Shown: positions 17,184-24,822 of the stretch, one piece after another
Numbering within the stretch: the first letter of the stretch is position 1
How the letters are laid out: each line of letters opens with the position of its first letter
Virus record (IMG/VR): IMGVR_UViG_3300010285_000005
Length of the DNA stretch: 40,703 nt
Direction: 5' to 3' (one strand)
Source of the DNA: a virus
Notes under the pieces: model-generated
What the model saw: only the letters and a program-made list of their open reading frames with translations
The model's database searches: none
Told to the model about the DNA's origin: nothing
Position numbers and translations under genes: made by a program

Positions 17184-17220
17184 CTGGGGGGAAGGGGTTT
17201 CCCCGATCCCCCCCGCCAGG
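17184..17220. other. GC-rich intergenic hairpin between the DUF669-like and polymerase genes
   Basis: ctgggggg-aa-gggg ttt cccc-gat-ccccccc-g-ccag. No U-tract follows on either strand. Confidence 0.5.
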
Positions 17221-17227
17221 GTTTCAA

Positions 17228-17692
17228 TTATTCGCCGACTTCGTAAACCTCTATAATCTCAAAGGTGTTGAAGCCCTTGTTTGTCTTGCCGTACTTCAGC
17301 AGATATTCAAGTTTACCGTCAATGGCTTCAAAGATGTCCATGATCAGCTGATCCCACTGTTTATATGATTCAAATTCGACTTCCAGGCCGGAATCCAGGG
17401 AACGAAGGAACTCGTCCACGATGGCGATCTGGAAACGCTGCGTCACGACCTGGTTCATGAAGATCATGCTGCCGTTGTATTCGCCAGCCAGAACCTTGAA
17501 CCAGCAGCTGAACATCGGATTGCCGGAAGACTTCGCCGTGGTCAGTTCCATCTTGTGAATCTTGACTTCATATGTACCGTGGGGAACTTCCTTGAAGTCA
17601 TTTGTGCTGCCGTTCGCTTCGGCTTCTTTCAGTTCTTCTGCCAGTGCCTTCGTGTTGAATTCCTTGTCGAACTTGTCCCAGTTGATGCTCAT
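17228..17692 (-). CDS. DUF669-like protein (phage ssDNA-binding partner of Sak4-type ATPases)
   Basis: VPHGTYEVKIHKMELTTAKSSGNPMFSCWFKVLAGEYNGSMIF matches the DUF669 pattern. ATG at 17692 with GAAAGGTGAGG RBS. Confidence 0.6.
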   Translation of the reverse strand: MSINWDKFDKEFNTKALAEELKEAEANGSTNDFKEVPHGTYEVKIHKMELTTAKSSGNPMFSCWFKVLAGEYNGSMIFMNQVVTQRFQIAIVDEFLRSLDSGLEVEFESYKQWDQLIMDIFEAIDGKLEYLLKYGKTNKGFNTFEIIEVYEVGE

Positions 17693-17750
17693 AATTGACC
17701 TCACCTTTCATTGAAGTATTTGATTTGAATAATTTTTTCGGATCGCCGGA

Positions 17751-19451
17751 TCACTGACCACGGCGTTTGCGCTGCGGGGTTGTGGGTGCTGCGGGGGTTG
17801 CTGGTTCAGCTTCCTGAACTTTTTGGTCAAAAAAATTCGCAGCTTCGCCAGCGGAAGCGTTTTGTTCAGCTTCCTGATTCGGCACGTCGTCTGAAGGCTC
17901 TGCGTTGCGTTCTGCGGGCTTTTTCTCCCTGGGAGTGTTGCTGGTCATGGACTTGTCTTTTTTGTCCTCTGCTGCTGCCCTGTTCGCTTCCGCATAGACT
18001 TCCATCAATGCGTCATAGTCCAGCGGGATTTCGTTTTCCGTGACCTTCAGCCTTCCACCACCGAAGATGACTTCCGAAGTTTTGAAGGAAAGAACACGGC
18101 GATCGTCTTCAGCGATGACCCTGGCAACAATATCCACCATTCCGGCGATCTTGTTTGCTGGTTTTTCAGCCAGGTTTGGCCTGATCGTGGACAGCTTGTC
18201 GCCACCCTTTTTCGTCAGGTCTTTGCTGCGGTCTTCGTGGCTGATCAGAACGATGTTTTCATAGTCCAGATTGACCAGGCGTTTGATCGTGGACAGGAAT
18301 TCCGTCCGAACGATGTCCCAGGCTTTGAAGCTGTCATCGGATTCGTGTTCCCAGCCCCTTTTGTCGTAGATATACAGACGACAGTGCTCATAAAGGTCTT
18401 CAAGCAGATCGACGACGATCGTCTTGAAATCATTCTGCTTCTTTTCCAGTTCGTCCACGACTTCCTTGAATACCGCCCAGGCCAGCTGACGCTTCGTCTG
18501 TCTGCCCTCGACCGTCACTTTGTCCTTGATGGGGATATACGGCGCATCGACATATTTGATGTTGCCGTCCGTGTTCAGCATCAGCGGATCGGGGAACTTG
18601 TTCGCCAGTGTGGTCTTGCCACTGAAGGGCGCACCATAAATCCAGATGACTTTCTTCTGAACTTCCTGAATGTTTCTTCTTTGGTTTGCTGGTAACAGCA
18701 TATAATCGACCCCTTTTTCACAATATTCCTGGTATTCGCACCAGGCGCAAAGTCTGGATTCTTCCTTCGGAAATTCGTCAAGTTCAAGAATTCGCTTGAC
18801 CTTTGTGACGAAATCAATCACCTTCGTCGGATCATATACGACCTCGACGATCTGGATTTCATTTCTGTCCAGTTCGGCCTTCAGCCTTTGCCGGAACGTG
18901 AAAATGTCTTCGTCTTTTCGTTGCTTGATCGTGACCTTCGGGAAGAACACGAAGAACATTTTCCGAATCTTCCAGCCAGGGTGATTCTTTTCGATATAAT
19001 ACTTGTATTCATGCAGCTGACCCGATTTCAGATAGCTTTCGACGTTGTTTGAGTATTTGAAATCATACAGATCGAAAACCTTTGTGACACCCCTTGTCAG
19101 GACACATTCGTCCGTCACGTCATGCAACAGGTCAGCATATCCGATGAAGTCATCGTCTTCAATCGGGAATTCATAGATACCCTTCGGAAGCAGCTGATCG
19201 GCTTTTCTGATCCAGTGTTCAAGCTTGATCGCTTCGTTCACATGAAGATCATCGATCACTGGAAAGCTGAAAAAATATGTATTGATTCCGGCTTCCACAC
19301 CGTTTTCGATTCCTTCATGAAGGGCAGTTCCCAGGATCAGCGCATTGTCTGGTTCACAGCTGGGAAGCGTAATCAGCTTCCTTTTGTATCGCAGTTTGTA
19401 TTTGAATTTGCACTGATCAGCTGTTTCAACACGGGAATGTGAGAATCGCAC
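17751..19451 (-). CDS. Fusion protein: Cas4/RecB-like PD-(D/E)XK nuclease (4-Cys cluster) plus Sak4/AAA_24-like ATPase, with an acidic disordered tail
   Basis: N-terminal ADQCKFKY plus CAWCEYQEYC (Cas4-type Cys pattern). P-loop IWIYGAPFSGKTTLANKFPDPLMLNTDGN. GTG start with AAAGGGG RBS. Confidence 0.7.
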   Translation of the reverse strand: MRFSHSRVETADQCKFKYKLRYKRKLITLPSCEPDNALILGTALHEGIENGVEAGINTYFFSFPVIDDLHVNEAIKLEHWIRKADQLLPKGIYEFPIEDDDFIGYADLLHDVTDECVLTRGVTKVFDLYDFKYSNNVESYLKSGQLHEYKYYIEKNHPGWKIRKMFFVFFPKVTIKQRKDEDIFTFRQRLKAELDRNEIQIVEVVYDPTKVIDFVTKVKRILELDEFPKEESRLCAWCEYQEYCEKGVDYMLLPANQRRNIQEVQKKVIWIYGAPFSGKTTLANKFPDPLMLNTDGNIKYVDAPYIPIKDKVTVEGRQTKRQLAWAVFKEVVDELEKKQNDFKTIVVDLLEDLYEHCRLYIYDKRGWEHESDDSFKAWDIVRTEFLSTIKRLVNLDYENIVLISHEDRSKDLTKKGGDKLSTIRPNLAEKPANKIAGMVDIVARVIAEDDRRVLSFKTSEVIFGGGRLKVTENEIPLDYDALMEVYAEANRAAAEDKKDKSMTSNTPREKKPAERNAEPSDDVPNQEAEQNASAGEAANFFDQKVQEAEPATPAAPTTPQRKRRGQ

Positions 19452-19786
19452 CCGATCGCCCCTTTCACGATGTTTTTGAAGTTTTCAAAACCCTTCGGAT
19501 ATAACACCAGGCCGATCCCGTTTCCGGCGTTGATCATTTTGATGTTCTTTTCCTGAAGATCGGAAGCCTTTCCGTTCGGGGCTTTAAGCTCGACCCCGAA
19601 GAAGAAGCCGTTCACATTGATGATCAGATCGGGAAGGCCGTTCTTCTGCCGTCCACCGCCCCAGGTTTTGAAATACCACCCAACAGGGGGGACGGGTTGC
19701 TTGTCGTCCGGCGTTCCGGCATCGTAAATGCCGTTTGATTCAAGCCAGCGTCTGACCTTCTTTTCAAACGTCTTTTCCTGTGCCAT
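19373..19786 (-). CDS. VRR-NUC domain nuclease
   Basis: GLPDLIINVNGFFFGVELKAPNGKASDLQ (D...ExK). The 3' end overlaps the next gene by 79 nt. Confidence 0.65.
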   Translation of the reverse strand: MAQEKTFEKKVRRWLESNGIYDAGTPDDKQPVPPVGWYFKTWGGGRQKNGLPDLIINVNGFFFGVELKAPNGKASDLQEKNIKMINAGNGIGLVLYPKGFENFKNIVKGAIGCDSHIPVLKQLISANSNTNCDTKGS

Positions 19787-19890
19787 CAGTCTTTGAACAC
19801 CTTCCCGTCCTTATACAGTTTATATCCGGCTGCCCGCATCTGCTTCCGTGTTTCCTTGTCGGGAATACACTTTTCGCTTTTGGTACTCAT
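19786..19890 (-). CDS. Possible micro-protein (34 aa)
   Basis: ATG at 19890 with GGAAAGG RBS. Translation MSTKSEKCIPDKETRKQMRAAGYKLYKDGKVFKD. Its stop overlaps the next ATG (TGATG). Confidence 0.3.
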   Translation of the reverse strand: MSTKSEKCIPDKETRKQMRAAGYKLYKDGKVFKD

Positions 19891-19915
19891 GTACACCTTT
19901 CCGTCCTTCTTGACT

Positions 19916-20374
19916 TCAAACAGCATCGTCATCACCCTTCACGCTGATTTTCACATATGCTGCTTTGGTACTGGTTTTGGAACATTCTTCGGCAATCGCC
20001 GGATATTTCTTCTTTAACTTCGCCGAATCGATGGACGTGGACGTTGTGGCTGCGACATAGGTGATGGACAGAACGTCGTTTTCAAATTTTTTCAGACCAT
20101 AGGCTTCCATCGCCTGAAGCAGCTGCGCCTTCATCTTCTTTTCCAGGTCTTCAAGTCTTTTCTTTTCTGTGACCAGATCAGCGATCCGCTGAATCACAGC
20201 CATTTGTTCGGCCTGGAACGTAGCCAGGGTTGCGCTGTTGTCTTCTTCAGTGATACTGAATCCACATTTGTCCGGCGTGTCAGTACAGATTGATTGACAG
20301 TCTTCACGATCTGGACATTCGCAGCAGCACCCGTCAAATTTGCTTTCAGGACACCGATTTTCGCATTTGATCAT
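19916..20374 (-). CDS. Hypothetical protein with Cys-rich N-terminus and coiled-coil C-terminal domain
   Basis: 10 Cys in the first 38 aa (MIKCENRCPESKFDGCCCECPDREDCQSICTDTPDKCGF). Confidence 0.55.
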   Translation of the reverse strand: MIKCENRCPESKFDGCCCECPDREDCQSICTDTPDKCGFSITEEDNSATLATFQAEQMAVIQRIADLVTEKKRLEDLEKKMKAQLLQAMEAYGLKKFENDVLSITYVAATTSTSIDSAKLKKKYPAIAEECSKTSTKAAYVKISVKGDDDAV

Positions 20375-20526
20375 TTCTTACAGACCCCCTTTGAAATGTC
20401 GATTCTAATGACCGTCCCGCAGCTGTAAACCTTGATCGTCTTGTCGGGATTGTCGATCCTGTTGGTGATTCCCGACGATACAAGTTTGATCGCACCTTCG
20501 ATCCACTTCATATTCTTTTCATTCAT
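20371..20526 (-). CDS. Small hypothetical protein (51 aa, below ORF-track cutoff)
   Basis: Translation MNEKNMKWIEGAIKLVSSGITNRIDNPDKTIKVYSCGTVIRIDISKGVCKK. The start overlaps the upstream stop and the stop overlaps the downstream ATG (ATGA). Fills the 20375-20518 gap. Confidence 0.5.
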   Translation of the reverse strand: MNEKNMKWIEGAIKLVSSGITNRIDNPDKTIKVYSCGTVIRIDISKGVCKK

Positions 20527-21148
20527 TTTTCTGACCCCCTTCTATGATGAAAACTTCACGGTGTTGCTTGCCGAATTCGACGGCTTCCTGGTGATCGGTG
20601 AAGTATATGTCGATGACCTTGCCGTCATAGTAATCTGCGACCCGTTGCGCTGTCCTATCGTGGACTATGTAATTCCCCAGGCCGTCAATATAGATCGATG
20701 TTCCGAAAGGTAACGGGGAAGCCACAGATACCCCAGGTTGAAGAATGACATTCGCTGCACCTTTAACGATCGGTTCGCCAGTCACTGGATCGATCGGCCT
20801 GTTCAAAGCCCAGTCACCGCAACAGGTTTCACACGAACAGTATGCTGTGATCGTATATTCTCCCAGGGGTGTCAGCCGGATCAACGGTTCGGGTTCGAGT
20901 TCTGGCTCTTGTTCTTCAAATTTGAGTTCCGTTATTAGTTCAGCATCTTGAACTTTTTCGGTAAAAAAATTAAGGTGTTCCGCCATTTGTGGCGGTGATA
21001 ACCCCTTTGAAGTGTCCTTCTCCGACCTTGACGGTTTGATCAGAATCGACATCGCCGTCATTCCGATTATAACACCCAGGGCGAAAAATACCACATTCAA
21101 ATTGATCCGTTTACTTGATTTGGCCTTCATATTCCGTGAATAGTTCAT
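20519..21148 (-). CDS. Membrane-anchored 3D-domain (MltA/YabE-like) cell-wall protein
   Basis: N-terminal TM VVFFALGVIIGMTAMSILI, an acidic PE linker, then TAYCSCETCCG...PLPFGTSIYIDGLGNYIVHDR...IDIYFTDHQEAVEFG (3D-domain pattern). Confidence 0.65.
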   Translation of the reverse strand: MNYSRNMKAKSSKRINLNVVFFALGVIIGMTAMSILIKPSRSEKDTSKGLSPPQMAEHLNFFTEKVQDAELITELKFEEQEPELEPEPLIRLTPLGEYTITAYCSCETCCGDWALNRPIDPVTGEPIVKGAANVILQPGVSVASPLPFGTSIYIDGLGNYIVHDRTAQRVADYYDGKVIDIYFTDHQEAVEFGKQHREVFIIEGGQKNE

Positions 21149-22388
21149 CAGTATAATCCTTTCGCATTTTCAGTGTGTCAAGAATGTGTTCCTCAACGCT
21201 GTCCCGACACATCATGTAATAATAAAAGCAAGTGTTTTTCTGTCCCAGCCTGTGTGTCCGTTTGTGGCTTTGAATCCACTGTTCGGCACTCAACGGCAGG
21301 GTGAAATAAATGGTCTTGTTCGTTTTCTGAAGATTCAACCCCATCGATCCGGCCTGGTATTGAACGAATGTGATCGAATCGGATCGGGTTTCGTATGCTT
21401 CCAGGTCTTTCGTCTGCCCGTTCACTATGGAACACGGCCTTTCAAAGTGTTCGCAGATTGCCAGCAGCTTGTCCAATTCTTCGTTGAAGTTGTAAAACAC
21501 GATCAGCCTGTCACCAGTGCTGTTGATCAAGTCCCTGAAAGCTTCAAGCTTGTCCTGGTTAAACTGTCCGCACAACATTCGGGCATATAACAGCTTCGTC
21601 AAGGCTGTGTCACCGACCAGTTCACGACCTTCCACCGTGACCAGCCTGGACTTCATGAACTTTTTGTATTCTTTCGACGATTCGACCGTGACGGGAACGA
21701 TGATCTGCTCTGGAAGTTCGATTCCGGCTTCCTCGGTTTTCATGAAGATCGCACCGTGTTCAGCCAGCTTCCGCTTCAGCCGATCGACGTTCTTATAACC
21801 GACGATTGCTTGTCTGAAATGTCCGTCACCGTCATCGACCCACACCGTTTCGACATACTGCTTCATGAATGTGTCTTTTCGGATCGACCAACCCAACAGC
21901 TGGATTTGTGACCAAAGTCTTTCATATTTTCCGTCTGTGGGCGTTCCCGACAACAAAATCACATTCTTCGGCTGCAATTTCATTACGAACTTTGTCCGCT
22001 TTGCCGTTTCGTTTTGGATCAGCGAAGATTCGTCCAGCATCAGGGTGAAATCTCGTAGCATCAGCAATTCGGGTCTTCTGAACGTCAGTTCATAATTGAT
22101 GATCCCGATCTTCGGACTGCTTTCGACCTTGCAAAGAAAATCGACCAGTGCGTCCTTCTTCGTTAGATCGTAGACCAAAAATTCAGGATAGTTTTCCTTG
22201 AAGTGATTGATCCAGTCTTTGATCTTCGATTTCTGACAGATCAGAAGGTTCACATGACTTCCCAGGACAGCCAGCTTTTCGCTTCCGACGAAGGTTTTCC
22301 CCAACCCCATGTCCATATAATAGGCCACACGGTTGAAGCCCTTCGTCCGTTCCAGGACTGATCGCTGGAATCCGAACAGCTGGATCAT
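21111..22388 (-). CDS. SNF2-family helicase/ATPase
   Basis: MDMGLGKTF (motif I), LMLDESS (motif II), LLSGTP, and a C-terminal QAGSMGLNLQ. Confidence 0.8.
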   Translation of the reverse strand: MIQLFGFQRSVLERTKGFNRVAYYMDMGLGKTFVGSEKLAVLGSHVNLLICQKSKIKDWINHFKENYPEFLVYDLTKKDALVDFLCKVESSPKIGIINYELTFRRPELLMLRDFTLMLDESSLIQNETAKRTKFVMKLQPKNVILLSGTPTDGKYERLWSQIQLLGWSIRKDTFMKQYVETVWVDDGDGHFRQAIVGYKNVDRLKRKLAEHGAIFMKTEEAGIELPEQIIVPVTVESSKEYKKFMKSRLVTVEGRELVGDTALTKLLYARMLCGQFNQDKLEAFRDLINSTGDRLIVFYNFNEELDKLLAICEHFERPCSIVNGQTKDLEAYETRSDSITFVQYQAGSMGLNLQKTNKTIYFTLPLSAEQWIQSHKRTHRLGQKNTCFYYYMMCRDSVEEHILDTLKMRKDYTDELFTEYEGQIK

Positions 22389-22804
22389 GTCAGGCCACCG
22401 ACATATTCAAAGAACTGCTTCGGGTTTATGTAGTATGTGTAAACGCTCGACATTTTGACCGCCACACCGAAGGGCAGTTGACCACGCTGAAGCCCAACCC
22501 TGATAAAGTCCTTTGAAACGCCCATGATTTTCGCTGCCTGATCCACGGTGATCCGTTTACTGTTTAGGATCAGTTCCGCTTCTTCCTGATCCGCTGGTTC
22601 GTCCTCTGTTGTGCCGTCCAGCCATGATTCTTCGACATTCAAAACTTCGGCGAACAGCCGGATCGTTTTCTGCCTGGGGACGTTCTTGCCGGAAAGATAC
22701 TGGCTGATCGAAGATTTTCCGATCCCCGTCGCTGCTGAAAGATCGGCCTGGGTCATTCCCGCATTTTGCATCGCCGTCTTCAGCCGTTTTGCAAAAATCG
22801 TCAC
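22385..22804 (-). CDS. Two-domain DNA-binding protein: XRE-type HTH plus excisionase/MerR-like HTH
   Basis: MTQADLSAATGIGKSSISQYLSGKNVP, then ITVDQAAKIMGVSKDFIRVGLQRGQLPFG. Confidence 0.65.
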   Translation of the reverse strand: MTIFAKRLKTAMQNAGMTQADLSAATGIGKSSISQYLSGKNVPRQKTIRLFAEVLNVEESWLDGTTEDEPADQEEAELILNSKRITVDQAAKIMGVSKDFIRVGLQRGQLPFGVAVKMSSVYTYYINPKQFFEYVGGLT

Positions 22805-22839
22805 TTGATATGACCCCCCTCAAAATGTTCGTTGAAAGT

Positions 22840-23064
22840 TCAGGAATTCTGAACTTTTATCGTAAAAAAATAGATGCTGATTTCGTCCTTCGGGATACCA
22901 AGCAGATCGGTTGCCAGGTCAATTTCTTTTGTCGTGAAATCGACCAGACCGTTCAGTTTCTTCGACAGGGAAACGCTGGACATTCTCATGGCCTTTGCGA
23001 AGGCGGTTTCCGTTCCGAAAACTTCACGAATCTTTCCACGCAGCTTGCAATAATCAAACATCAA
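22840..23064 (-). CDS. Cro-like XRE-family HTH protein
   Basis: 74 aa. TETAFAKAMRMSSVSLSKKLNG resembles an HTH. Confidence 0.55.
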   Translation of the reverse strand: MMFDYCKLRGKIREVFGTETAFAKAMRMSSVSLSKKLNGLVDFTTKEIDLATDLLGIPKDEISIYFFTIKVQNS

Positions 23065-23077
23065 GCATCACCCCCTT

Positions 23078-23701
23078 TCACTCCGCTTCTTCCATCAGGC
23101 AGTCACAGTCTTTGCAGACGATCCTGACTTCTTTCGTCGCTCTGACTTTTGTCCCGCAATCTGGACAGACGTATTTTCTGGACGAAGATTTCTTCTTCGC
23201 TTCCAGCTTCAGCGTCTTTGTCCGATGAAGGGTGAAGCCTGATTCGTTGTTGAACATCGACGTGATCCAGGAAGCAGCTTCTTCGGTCAGCGTGGTTATG
23301 CACCAACCATATTTTTGATGCTTTTCGACTGATAGACCGTGCTGTTCAGCAGCTTCTTTGAATCGCTTGTTGTGATACAGCCCGCTGCGTGACGTGTCAT
23401 GAACACCTTCCTGAAGGTTCAGAAGATGTACCATTTCGTGAATCAACGTGCTGCACGTTTCAAGAAATGGCCTGTTCAGGTATTCGGCGCAGATGTTGAT
23501 TTCATAATATCCTTCAGTTTCGTTGCCCGAACCATCTGCCCAGGCTTTCCAGCTTGTACACCAGCCATATGAACCCCTCGTCGTGTCCGGCGAAACGGTG
23601 ATCACTGGTTTTGAAAGTTTATTTTCAAAAAAGTGATCATTGAAAACACCGAACAGACGATCCAGGTCTTCGATGACTGGTTTCAGACTAACGCTGTCCA
23701 T
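23078..23701 (-). CDS. SprT-like zinc metallopeptidase with C-terminal zinc ribbon
   Basis: HEMVHLLN (HExxH) and CPDCG...CKDCDC. ATG at 23701 is preferred (GAAAGAAGG upstream). The track start is 23719. Confidence 0.7.
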   Translation of the reverse strand: MDSVSLKPVIEDLDRLFGVFNDHFFENKLSKPVITVSPDTTRGSYGWCTSWKAWADGSGNETEGYYEINICAEYLNRPFLETCSTLIHEMVHLLNLQEGVHDTSRSGLYHNKRFKEAAEQHGLSVEKHQKYGWCITTLTEEAASWITSMFNNESGFTLHRTKTLKLEAKKKSSSRKYVCPDCGTKVRATKEVRIVCKDCDCLMEEAE

Positions 23702-23786
23702 CGATCGACCTTCTTTCATATTCGTGTTTTTTGCAGTTTACCAGATTTCCTGTCCAATAAAACGGACAGTATGCTGACGATGGCTG

Positions 23787-23846
23787 TCGGGGTTGTGACC
23801 GTCTGCCCGCCCGCATTACCCCGCCAGAAGGCGGGTCACTCTGCGT
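23787..23846. repeat. Conserved structured element, copy A (60 nt)
   Basis: tcggggttgtgaccg tctgc cccgcattacc CCGCC-agaa-GGCGG gtcactctgcgt. It ends where the stop codon (23846-23848) of the upstream ORF begins. Confidence 0.8.
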
Positions 23847-24082
23847 CAATCGCATCTTGTTTCCCTGTAAAGCCGGAAAAGGGCTTTTAAGTCTTTTCGT
23901 GTCCTCGGCACTGGGACGAATTCACTGTTCGCCGGATCGTGGAATCGACGTTCATCTTCACCGCTGATCCAGTCAGCGATCTGTTGATCTTCCCAACATT
24001 CGATGATTACGTCACCGCCCCTGTTGTAATTTTCAAGTGCCAACCTTTTGACTTCTTCGACCGTCAGCATCTTCTTTGCCAC
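23846..24082 (-). CDS. Hypothetical early protein (78 aa)
   Basis: GTG at 24082 lies 8 nt after AAGGGGG. The track ORF 23846..24163 extension overlaps the upstream gene. Confidence 0.45.
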   Translation of the reverse strand: MAKKMLTVEEVKRLALENYNRGGDVIIECWEDQQIADWISGEDERRFHDPANSEFVPVPRTRKDLKALFRLYRETRCD

Positions 24083-24102
24083 AATGTTGACCCCCTTTCG
24101 CC

Positions 24103-24408
24103 TTATGCGAAAGTTGAAGCCTTGCGTCTTGCCATAATTTCCGCACGTTGCGTCCCAGCCCACAAGACGGTTTCCTTCGCCAGTCCGATCTGTTTACCCG
24201 TTAGGTATGCGATCCGACCGTCACGGCTGTTCATCACCGCCAGCAGCAGATCGTTCAGATCGTCTAACAGCTTTTCCAGCCTTTCAAGTTCAGCGTTCGT
24301 GGCCTTGATTTCGCCGGACAGAATGTCATAAATGATGTTCTTTACACGGTTTCTGCGGAATTCGATGTCGTGTGCGTGTTTCTGAACCGAAAAAGGATAA
24401 AGCTTCAT
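24103..24408 (-). CDS. Hypothetical early protein (101 aa)
   Basis: ATG at 24408 with AAGGGGG RBS. Track ORF is 24103..24438. Confidence 0.45.
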   Translation of the reverse strand: MKLYPFSVQKHAHDIEFRRNRVKNIIYDILSGEIKATNAELERLEKLLDDLNDLLLAVMNSRDGRIAYLTGKQIGLAKETVLWAGTQRAEIMARRKASTFA

Positions 24409-24421
24409 TTCGTTGACCCCC

Positions 24422-24736
24422 TTAATATGAATATCCAAAAATCATCACGTCCGTAAACCCTTCAAGCCGTGTGGACTTTTTGATTTTGTTGTTCCAACGA
24501 TACGCCCGCAGACCGCCACGCTTGCCGATGAATATTTGACGTTTCTTTCTGCACAAGACCGAAGCAAGCGTCCCTTCGTCGTCCTTCAGGCCAGTCACGA
24601 TATAAAGCTGAACGAAATCGCCTTCGTCGGTGATCTCAAATTCCTTGATTTCATAGCGTGGATCGTTCCTGAAAAGATCGTTCTGTTCGATGTATTTTCT
24701 GATCTTTGCGATCGCTGCTTCCTGATGACGTGTCAT
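24422..24736 (-). CDS. Hypothetical early protein (104 aa)
   Basis: ATG at 24736 with AAGGGAAGGAA RBS, which begins 13 nt downstream of element B. Confidence 0.5.
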   Translation of the reverse strand: MTRHQEAAIAKIRKYIEQNDLFRNDPRYEIKEFEITDEGDFVQLYIVTGLKDDEGTLASVLCRKKRQIFIGKRGGLRAYRWNNKIKKSTRLEGFTDVMIFGYSY

Positions 24737-24766
24737 GTCTGTCGTTCCTTCCCTTTATTGTTTTGA

Positions 24767-24822
24767 TCGGGGTTGTGACCGATCCCCCGCATTACCAGGG
24801 CGAAAGCCCTGTCACTCTGCGT
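24767..24822. repeat. Conserved structured element, copy B (56 nt)
   Basis: tcggggttgtgaccg at-c cccgcattacc AGGGC-gaaa-GCCCT gtcactctgcgt. Its gtcac supplies the TGA stop (24812-24814) and the last three codons (N-A-E) of the upstream ORF. Confidence 0.8.

Noticed and set aside
23787-24822. Elements A/B as HDV-like or hammerhead ribozymes
   Set aside because: GGUAAUG after a hairpin is reminiscent of HDV J4/2. However, conservation begins only 12 nt upstream of the hairpin, so there is no room for conserved P1/P2/P3. The CUGAUGA at 24722-24728 is on the opposite strand, inside the next CDS, and lacks a GAAA core partner.
23787-24822. Elements A/B as simple intrinsic terminators
   Set aside because: No U-tract directly follows the hairpin on the transcribed (minus) strand. 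On the plus strand, only copy B has a T-run, and it is 12 nt away from the stem.
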